Assembly (NCBI GenBank): GCA_951406725.2
Contig: OX597816.1
Span: 135,718,001-135,782,000, forward strand
From: Octopus vulgaris
Taxonomy: Eukaryota
Length of the DNA: 64,000 nt
Direction of reading: 5' to 3'
Position numbers and translations under genes: made by a program. Below are positions 54,402 to 64,000 of this stretch, piece after piece; position 1 is the first letter of the stretch; each line of letters opens with the position of its first letter. The notes under the pieces were generated by a model, which saw only the letters and a program-made list of their open reading frames with translations, had not been told where the DNA came from and did no database searches.

Positions 54402-54544
54402 ATTGGAGTGATGTCTTTCACCATTGCACCTATACGGATCCTCATTGCAGGAATTCTTTTGATGCTTGCTTGGAGTTTGGCTTCTTTGTCTCTTCTTTTT
54501 CAAACTGAAATAGAAAGACAGAAACCTCTCATAGGATGGAGAAA
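54402..54544 (+). CDS. LPCAT: LPCAT1/2-like exon 2 (IGVMSFTIAPIRILIAGILLMLAWSLASLSLLFQTEIERQKPLIGWR)
   Basis: Acceptor ttctaattctatttcAG|ATT, donor AA|GTAAGT; 143 nt; phase 0 start joins exon 1 in frame. Hydrophobic segment with P-x-R...LAW and P..GWR matches the LPCAT1/2 N-terminal membrane segment. Confidence 0.9.
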
Positions 54545-57500
54545 GTAAGTTTGGGAAGAATTTATTAAATATATGAATCACTTAGAATGTTTTATTCTAG
54601 TATAAATTTTAATTTCAAGGATGATGAGTTTAACTGACATAGGCACACTGTTAATGCTTAATCTATTTAGTGCTTATTTTATTAGTTATAGCTATTATTA
54701 AAGATGTTCATTTTTGTTATAGCTATTGTACACATATATCTCCTTGACTCAATTATATTAAACTTCAGATTCCTTCTGTAGTTCTTTGATTCTTTAATGA
54801 GAACCAGGTCATTTGCATTTAAAAGTTCCCATAGAATTCAGTTCATTCTCTTCCATTATGTTGAAAAACAGTTCTAATAAATATCTGTCAAAATATCATA
54901 GTGTAGAATATATTGTTACCCTAGTCAAAATTGATATGATCTGTTTACTTGTACTAATTAGCTATATCTTGTGTTTTGTCTTTCTGGCTTTAGTTTTAAA
55001 GTTTGAAAAGTTACATATGGCTTCTGTTGTCTACATTAAGAATGATGAGTGTAGAAAATACAGAAATTTGGAGCATAAAACAATATAATTCATTCAATAA
55101 TGATTGACTCCCAACTCTGTTTAGATTTGTATGATGCATATATTAGAAATGTGGACTTATAAAGCTTTGAAATACCAACAAAAAATGAAGTAGGCCAGGA
55201 TGTTTGCTAGAAAAGTTCTCATATATAAAACATTACCACTTGAACTTATTTCTTCATGGTGTCAGGCGAATAAAACAGCCTAAAATGAAATTGAAAATAT
55301 TTTCATCAAACACCAATTTTATAATTAATAACTTAATTTTAGGACAGGACTTCAATATTTCTGATGATATCCAAGGAAACCGTACTTGATATCTGTGCTT
55401 AGATCTGTTGTGATTTGGTTGATTTGTGTTCAATACAGTAGTTTTTATTTTTGTTTATGACATCTTGTTGTTAATGCTGGTCATTCATGTCGTGTAACAG
55501 TAGTGTTAATTTGTAAGGAGAGTGGGTAAGCTTTCAGTGAGATCAGTAAAGACATAAATGTTATAACTTAGCATTTCTTTTCTTCAAAAGTTTTAATCTG
55601 AGTAATCCTTAGCCTGTCATCAAAACTCTAGTTTGTTTTGTCATAAGACAATATTAACTAGGTACTTTAGAGATATTTAATCTTGAACTTTGAGTTTGCT
55701 ACAGGAATCAGAAGGAAGAGAGCTAAGAGCAGAACATTGTTGTATAATAATTCTGCTTTAATGTTCATTGAGCTTACTGCTTAGCACTATTTTAAGCTTT
55801 TTTCATGCATTGAACAAACCAGTCCTTCATATCTAACTCATTGCTTGGATGACATCAAAAAGCAAAAAACATTCCCCAATGTTACATCAAAAATATAACA
55901 TCTAGGTGCATAATCAAACTGTATCTTGTTCAACTTTGCTATGGCCTTTTCTGTTCTGTTAGTTATCATGGATAATTTTTTTCCTACACAATCTGATTAA
56001 CTAAGTTTTTGCTTGATGTGGCAAGAACTCATCCTGGCATTTTCATCATCTCAGTTATTCCTGATCAGGGATTCGATAATTGTTCAATGTTGAAATGGAA
56101 TCATAGTTAATAAGTGAATAATTTGCTTTCATCTAGAAATAACATCAAGCATCATTTTAAAGTAGCAATATTAGATGTACAGTATTATAGTTCTTTTATT
56201 CTTTTGGGATTGTGTAGGTAAGACATGAACACTTTTCTACTTAAGCACCATTTCTTGATTTGTAATCTCTCAAAGTGGCATTTCCATACCTGGTTGCTAA
56301 TTTGCATTCAGTTGCTGTGTCATTTATTATATATGAGTTTCTATTTGTTAGTCCATTTGCTAATTCTGTTTAGAAGCTGACACTGACAAAGGAATCTTTC
56401 ATTTTCTACTCATTCCTTTTAGACAAGTTTCCTTTTGAACCTTAATCCGGAATATAATGCAGACTACTTTGATATAAATATGTTTCAAAGAGCTAATCTT
56501 CATTTGTAGGTTTTATAAGACTTAAAAAGGAAATTACTCAACACATATCTGTATAGTGTTGAAATATTAAGAACTTGCCTACTCTCTTACAATATCATGA
56601 TTCACAAACTATGTCAGCTTATTTTTTCATTAATTACTTTAATTTGACACAGAAACAGATGTGGTTTATAAGCAAGTATATGTTTCTCAAAAAACATTTA
56701 ACAAATACAATTTCAGTATTGTTTTGGTTATATCACATACTAATGAACTCAGCAGTCTTACCTAAATTTTTCTTCATTTATCTGTTCTTTAAATGTCTTA
56801 CTTCAGTTAACATCAAAGCTTTTGCTATTTTTAATCTTACTGTAATAATATCATTAATTTCTAATATTTATACAAAGCCACAAAATTTGTATGAGGGGTA
56901 TAGTTGACTTAAATAAGCCCATTATTTCTCCAACCATGGAAGAATAAAAAGGTAAAGTTGTTAGTAGTTGGATTTTAATTTTGAATGTAAAGGGATGTAA
57001 CTAAAAACTATATAACCATTTTTTGCCACTTGCTGTCTTTATCATGATAATATTGTCAATTATAAAGTAAGTAGGCTATCTCACAGTTATTTAACTAATA
57101 TTCTTTACTACCTTTGCTACTACTCTTCAAAAGTTTACAATTCTAATATTCAGAATTATGCCAAGCAGTACTAATATCAAGGCAATTCAGATTACATTTT
57201 ATGTTTTTTCTGGGTTTATTTGGATTGTTCTTGAGTGGAAATGACATCCGCCTCCAAGATTTAGCACCAGTTTTTTGATAATTTGTTTACTGCTGGTTAC
57301 CAAATTGACATAACCTTCTCCAGTTGATGACCTCCTTGACACCAGAGAGACCAAACTGGCTCCTTTGCAGAAGTAAAGCTTTCTGATCCAGCATTTTGCT
57401 GAGTGATTCTGTCTAGGCAAGGTCATATATATCTTATATTCATGGATCAAGTTTTACTACAAGAGAGTAACTTATTGTGAAATTTAACAGAGAAATAGGT

Positions 57501-58343
57501 CATGAAATTACTTTCAATGCAACCAGACTATGTGTGTGCTGTTGTTTAAATGAACACTGAGAAACTCAATCAGATCACTATATAAGAATAGTCATCAACC
57601 TTTGTTTGAGTCGTTATTTTCTAAACACAAAGCAAATCTTGAGAGAAGATACTTTGTTACTTTTCAATGCAATTTGGATTCAGAATTGCATAATAGCAAA
57701 TTATATAAATTATACTTTGTGAAACATCTAATTTAGATTTTTGTGGTCTATTTACATTTTTTCCTAGGCAGACATTTTAATATAATCATTAAAAGAGCTT
57801 TTACTTATTAGACACATTATCACAACATGGCGATATTGTATTAAATGTATTCTGTTTTCTGTACAGTGACTTTATTTTCCTAATCTTAATCAATACAACA
57901 TTCTGACAAATCCAATATTCAATGTTTAAACAAAAAAAAAAAAATGAGTGTTTTAATAGATTGCCTCTGAAATGACCCAAACTGGATGATGTCTGTTATA
58001 ATGAGGTTTGATTAAAGCAACCCTCCTTCTAATTCTCTAGTCCAGTCCTTTGTCTACATGTGAGAGCTATCCATCAACATAAAGCTTATGTGATTAAAAA
58101 ATTTAGTTTATTCATTCTCGTATTTTTTGGGGTTTTTTTTCACTCTACTATTGCTGTTTTTCTCTTCAAACCGAAAAGTTATGCATTATTTTCAAGAGGT
58201 TCTTATGATTTAGTCAAAGGCTTAATTCTTTTTTAATTATTGCTACAGAGCCTTTTTCCTTGAATAGGTTCTTACAAATTAGTTCAATACTTAATGCCTT
58301 CTTTATAGCTATACTTATAGATCATGCTCCCCACCACCATCAC

Positions 58344-58383
<40 letters not shown>

Positions 58384-58984
58384 TTGTTTAAACAGTATTT
58401 TATTGTTTTAAATGCATTTTCATGATTATATTTTTGAATGTCTGACTAGGAAGTGTTTTTTTTCTTGGTTGCCTCAAATATCAATGAATGCTAACTCGGT
58501 TATTGAGGGATGTCAGATACAATATCTGTAAGTGTATTTAAGAATAGATTATTAACACAATATCTACTAATTGGACCTATTGTTAATATGATCTAGCCTC
58601 TTTAATCTTATTTTCAGTGAGGCTTTCTGTCACCTAATTATTCTCTTCTTACATACTTTCTCTGTTTCAATTCCTTCATTATGTTATTACTTGTTTTATT
58701 AGTTATGATTTTGTTTTACAGTGTTCCTGAAACTCATTTATCCACAAAGACTCATTTGACCATTTAAAAAAAAATTTGACAGTGAGACAGCTGAAATTGC
58801 ATCTCACTGAAATTTTATTTAGCTAACATCTTACGTTATCTACACAGGATACAAAAGTAAAACATTTCCTTCATTTTATTCACTTTTCTGGAAGAGGATC
58901 CTTAGGATATATATATATATTCTTTGATTATTTTATTCTTTTACTTGTTTCAGCCATGCAGCCATACCTGGGGCACCACCATGT

Positions 58985-59925
58985 TCGTTCTGACTTCCTC
59001 AGTCTGGGTGTTTCACATCACCACTCCATTTTCCCATCTGTTGGTACATCATTTGGTGTATGATTGAGTTTGATTCTGCTGCCCTTTTCTATATCTCATG
59101 TCGGGTTGTTGGTTCATCCGGCATTGTGGAGAGGAGGATGTCCAGTTCCCTTTTGAAGACATCCACCTCACCCTATGCAAATTTCTCAAGCATTGAAGTG
59201 CTGTGGATGTTTGAAACCTAGACTACTGCAGTACGTGGTCCTGAATTTAGATGGAGTGAACGGTACCTTTGGTACAATACAATGGCGGCCAGTTTTGGCA
59301 TTTGTATAACACTCAGTGCTAAAGTTAGGTACTAGCCCATCTAGGATTTTCCGTATGTATATCATTGCATATCTGTCACACCTTTGCTCCAGGGAGTAGA
59401 GCTGTAGTTTTCTCAGCCTATCCCTATAGTTCATCCACTGCACTGTTTTAATCTTTTTAATCTTTGGACTGCTTCAAGCTCTGCTGTTAGTTTGGCACTA
59501 TGTGGTAACCATTACTGGGAACAGTAGTCCAGGTGGCCGAGAACAAAGGTTCTTCACAGGGTCAACATAGTTTCTTGGTCTCTTGTCTTGAAGGACCTCA
59601 GTATCTATCCTGCCAGTTGTTTGCACCTTGCTGCCATCATGCTTATATGCAACAAAAATGATGCATCATTGCACATACTGATCCCCAAATTTTTCTGTGA
59701 CTCTGGGAGTGTAGTGCCTTCGGGTCCGGTAAATGTAGATGGTACAGTATTTATACTGAGTTGATAGTGCAGTGCTTCAAATATTCCAGCATCAAACTGC
59801 ATGTTGTTTATTTTGACCCTCTTGTATATTCAGCTTATGTGGCGCTGTAAGCTTGAGACATCCTCTTGGTTTTTTTTATTGCCTATGAAAATTTTGTCAT
59901 CGGCATAGCTTTTGACAATGGCTGT
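58985..59925 (-). mobile_element. CR1/L2-like LINE 3' portion
   Basis: NYRDRLRKLQLYSLEQRCDRYAMIYIRKILDGLVPN; FVLGHLDYCSQ; KNLGISMCNDASF. Confidence 0.8.
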
Positions 59926-60584
59926 CCTATTTATATATATATCTGTAAATATTATATGCGACAGTTATTCAGTAGACATGATAAAAATCCCGAGTTTTGG
60001 ATGTTGGGGCGTAAATCCATACTGGCATCTCTACAGTTATCGAGCCATCGAAAAATGCTATGAAAATGACCGTTAAACAAAGGGAAATTACTGTGTGAGT
60101 GACCGTTATTAAGACAAAAGAGCTATTAGAATGACCACTAAGTAAGGGGAGGGAGTAAAGGTAAGGGAGTAAAAATGTCCATAACATTTGTGTAAGTGTG
60201 CATGTCCATACATACACATGCGCACCTGCACACCCACATACATGTACCTATATGTATATACTCATCCACCCTCACTTGAAACAGATGCTCACCCACACAT
60301 TCGCCAAAATATATATACATACCCGCATACTCGCACACAAACACACGCACACAAAAAGGTTCAAACATGTTTATATATGCACATGCACAAGAAAAAACAG
60401 GGCTAAAGCCAAAAATACAGAAAAATGTGTAAAAAATAAGCAATAAGAATAAAAAGTAAAGGAGTAAATATGCTCAAGGTGAATGCAAATGTGTGCTAGA
60501 TCATACATACACATGCGTGCACGCACACCCACATATTCGCCAAAAATAATTTATACATACATGCTCACACGCACACAAGCACAA

Positions 60585-61114
60585 AAATAGCAATCAATAC
60601 AAATATGACACTATTGTAAAGCTTCACTGCGTATATACTAGCAAAGACGTGTGTGTGCAACAAACATAAAAAATTTGTCTTACCTCTGGGAAGAACATTC
60701 GATAAATGGACCACCCAGAATCGGATAATGCAGGACCGGTTTCTGACTCTTCAAATACGTTTGACAACATAAATTTGATCAGTCTTCATCAGCTGTATTT
60801 ACCTAGACAATATTTCACATGTTGCCACATCAATGCCAGTATACTCACCTGAATGCCGTGCCATTAATAGAATGAGAACAATGAAAAATAATATTGCAAT
60901 TCAAATGTATTACTTTCCAGTAAAATAAAGCCTCATAAGGGTAGAAGTATACATATAAAAAGAGATGAGTAGTGCAACAAGGCACCAATATTTACTGGAA
61001 AATAGCAATCGATACAAATATGACACTATTGTAAAGCTTCACTTCGTATGTACTAGCAAAGACGTGTGTGTGCAACAAACATGAAAAATTTGTCTTACCT
61101 CAAGGAAGAACATT
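60585..61114. repeat. 115-bp direct repeat, 415-bp period, each copy containing a minus-strand GAG|GTAAG donor
   Basis: 60585-60699 and 61000-61114 are near-identical. Confidence 0.85.
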
Positions 61115-62171
61115 ATATATATATGTCATACATTATATATATATTATATTATACTATATTATATCATATTATCTCTCTCTATATATATAAAACTGAGAAT
61201 GTCTGTCTGTTTCCCTAAAACTTGAGAACTACACAACCAATTTCATTCAAATTTTACACATGCCTTACTTAACTGTTTCCCTAGGGCGACCCCACAGCAA
61301 TATCATATCTTCACTGTTTCAGTATTACGTGTTAAAAGTGAAACAAAAACATCTCTCTTCTGTAATGCAGACACTTTCACTTTATTACTGAAACTATTAA
61401 AGTGAAAGTATTATATAACAGGGATGAACCATTAACAATGGTCATCCATTTTGCTAGAAGAAGATCCGCTATGGTCTTATATGCTACACCACTGGTTTTC
61501 AATTCATATTAATCAAATTAATATTCAATTTTTCACCCTTATGTGTGTGTGTGTGTGTGTGTGTCTGTGTGTATTAGCAATTCGTATAAAATTGCATCAA
61601 TGACTTGAACTTGAATAAGTGGTTTCACATAAATGGGGATAAATTAAAAAGGTTTGTTATTATTATTACTGTTTGGCTATTGTAATCACGTTTGTTGGTT
61701 CCTCGTCAGGGAAACGTTGTTGTGTTGCATTTGTTAAATAATTGTAAACCGTAACCCTCCCCCTTTCAGAGAAGGGGCTTTGGTTATTGTTTAAAAATTA
61801 AATTGTGTCCCTGTTTGGGGAAATTGACAATATTTTCACCGTCTTTATGGAAGCATTTTTGTTTAAATGCCTTCGATAGAAGAAAGTCCAAAAATGAATT
61901 TCGCTGCAGCCATACACTTCTATACAAGAGGGAGGACAAGATCCAATTGATTGAAATTGCAAGAGACGGGCCTACAATTCCAGTCTGTTATATATTTTGA
62001 GTATTGTTATCACTAGCGATATCAAAGTATAACTTTGTGTTTTGTATTTTATGTGTAGATGTATATATATATAGATGTACATGTAATATGTACACATATA
62101 TATATACACATATATACATGCATAATATATCTACCCATACACACATACGCACACACACACACACACATACA

Positions 62172-62310
62172 TAGGGGCAGGTGTGGCTGTGTGGTAACAA
62201 ACTATGTTCCAAACACATGATTCCTGGGTTCAGTCCCACTGTGTGGTGACTTGGCATGTGTCTTCTGCTGTAGCTTCAGACCAACAAAAGCCTTCTCAGT
62301 GGATTTTGTA
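62172..62310 (+). mobile_element. SINE family A 5' part inside the Helitron region
   Basis: GTGGCTGTGTGGTAAC...GGGTTCAGTCCCACTG. Confidence 0.75.
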
Positions 62311-62374
62311 CATATATACAGGCATACATACATATATATACTTGCATACGTACATATTCGGCATAAACACTCTA

Positions 62375-64000
62375 CCACTACAACTAATAACTGTTGGGAA
62401 CACTTTCAAACCTGCCTTACATTTGAACCGGAATCTCAACGCCCGAGTTTTCCATCTGAAGTTAATCTCTTTCATGGAGCTCATACAAAAAGGGCAAGTC
62501 TTTGGGCCCATACAATGTGACATGTACACAATCGAGTGGCAAAAAATGGCCTTCCACATGCTCATATCCTGCTTTGGCTCTCAGCAAAGATCAATTCCAA
62601 TGACATCGACAAGATAATCTCTGCAGAGCTTCCTGATCCAGCTTTAGACAAAGAACTATACGAAATAGTTAAATAAACATGGTACATGGTCCACGTGGGC
62701 GTGGATTCAACATAAACACACCATACTTGAAGGACAGCATATGTTCAAAAAGATTTTCAAGGAGGTTCCTACAAGAAACTCAGACAGGTGCTGATGGGTA
62801 TCCATCATACAGACGCAGAAAACCAGAAGACGGAGGTTTCACAGCAACTATCGGACAGCACGATGTTGATAATAGATGGCTTGTTCCATACTGCCCACTC
62901 CTGTCAAAGACTTTCAATGCCCACATCAATGTTGAGTTTTGCAACTCTGTTAAATCCATCAAGTACGTTTGCAAATATGTAAACAAGGGTTCTGACACTG
63001 CAATGTTTGGACTTCAACAAGAATACTGCCAGGATGAGGTGACGCATTATCAGGTGGGACGGTACATAAGTAGCAACGAGGCTTTCTGGCGCATCTTTGG
63101 CTTTCCAATTCACCGACACCCCGCCATTCAACAGCTTGTAGTGCACCTGGAAAATGGTCAAAGAGTGTACTTCACCGATGCTAATGCTTCTCTGTTGGCA
63201 GAGGAACCAAGGGATAGCACACTCACTGTATTCTTCAAGCTTTGTCAAGTGGATCCATTCGCTCAAACCTTGCTGTATCCACAGATTCCAACGTACTACA
63301 CTTGGAATGGAAAAAAATGGGCCCCATGGAAAGCAGGCCAAAATGTTCATGGATACCCTGGCATTAAGTTTCACACTTGCCTTGGGCAAGTATACACAAT
63401 GCATCCCACTCAACAAGAGTGCTTCTTACCTTCGTCTACTACTGCATGAGGTCAGAGGGCCAATGTCTTTCCAGGCCCTAAAAACTCTCGGTACTGCAGG
63501 ACAAATGGAAGTGTGGTCATTTTCCTCTATTGTTAATTCTGTAGATGATCTCAAAAACAAAGTCTTTCCCAACATCACACAAAACTACCAAAATCACAAT
63601 TGGCTGTGTGAAAGAGCATTATTAGCTAAAAAAGACATCGCTGTTAACAAAATTAATCAACAGCTAATGCATTCTCTTCTCGGCACTATACACACTTACA
63701 AGTCTGTTGATACAATTCCAGATATAAATGAAGTTGTGAACTATCCTCCTGAATTTCTCAATTCACTGGAGCCTCCTGGACTACCTCCACACATATTAGC
63801 ACTTAAAGTTGGAACTCCTGTGATGCTACTCCGCAATCTGGAACCACCAAGACTTTGCAATGGAACACGACTGGTGATAAAGAAAATGATGTCACACGTT
63901 ATCAAGGCGATCATTCTTTCTGGGTGTGGAAAAGGTGATGACGTCTTTATTCCAAGATTTCCTCTTACTCCATCAGGAGCAGAAATTTCATTTACATTCA
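62375..64000 (+). pseudogene. Helitron RepHel pseudogene
   Basis: Frameshift in the HUH motif, stop near 62674, frameshift near 63427, then a frame open to the window end. Confidence 0.85.

Larger units (their letters stand above)
61172..64000 (+). mobile_element. Helitron, internally deleted, 3' end outside window
   Basis: Putative 5' end A|TCTCTCTCTATATATATAAAAC. Rep motifs EWQK/GLPHAHILLWL (frameshifted, ~62534) and SIKYVCKYVNKG. Pif1 C-terminal PEFLNSLEPPGLPPH...VMLLRNL...LCNGTRL. Confidence 0.9.

Noticed and set aside
62780-63416. Minus-strand ORFs of 72 and 170 aa
   Set aside because: Antisense shadows of Helitron Rep.
54545-64000. Search for LPCAT exon 3 (HxxxxD motif)
   Set aside because: No candidate with matching phase and motif found; presumably beyond the window.

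Overview
AT-rich, repeat-saturated eukaryotic DNA whose SINE families, (TA)n/(CA)n density and transposon mix look like an octopus (coleoid cephalopod) genome; the organism call is inferred from repeat content. Almost all ORF-track entries are microsatellite or TE noise. One host gene is supportable: the 5' end of a + strand LPCAT1/2-like lysophospholipid acyltransferase. It has a CpG-retaining promoter (~20.9 kb), coding exon 1 (21307-21372), a ~33 kb first intron and exon 2 (54402-54544); the catalytic exons lie beyond the window. The rest is decayed mobile DNA: several tRNA-derived SINE families, RTE and CR1/L2-like LINE pieces, a Penelope GIY-YIG remnant, a Ty3/Gypsy relic, mariner and DD37D (maT) relics, hAT and piggyBac MITEs, and an internally deleted Helitron running off the right end. 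The best leads are two intronic RNA hairpins (34381-34447, 49054-49115), scattered degenerate minimal hammerhead-ribozyme motifs, an in-frame Rep/Pif1 deletion fusion in the Helitron, a duplicated exon-like unit beside it, and recurrent or modular SINE/RTE architecture. I found no clear evidence of a wholly novel system.
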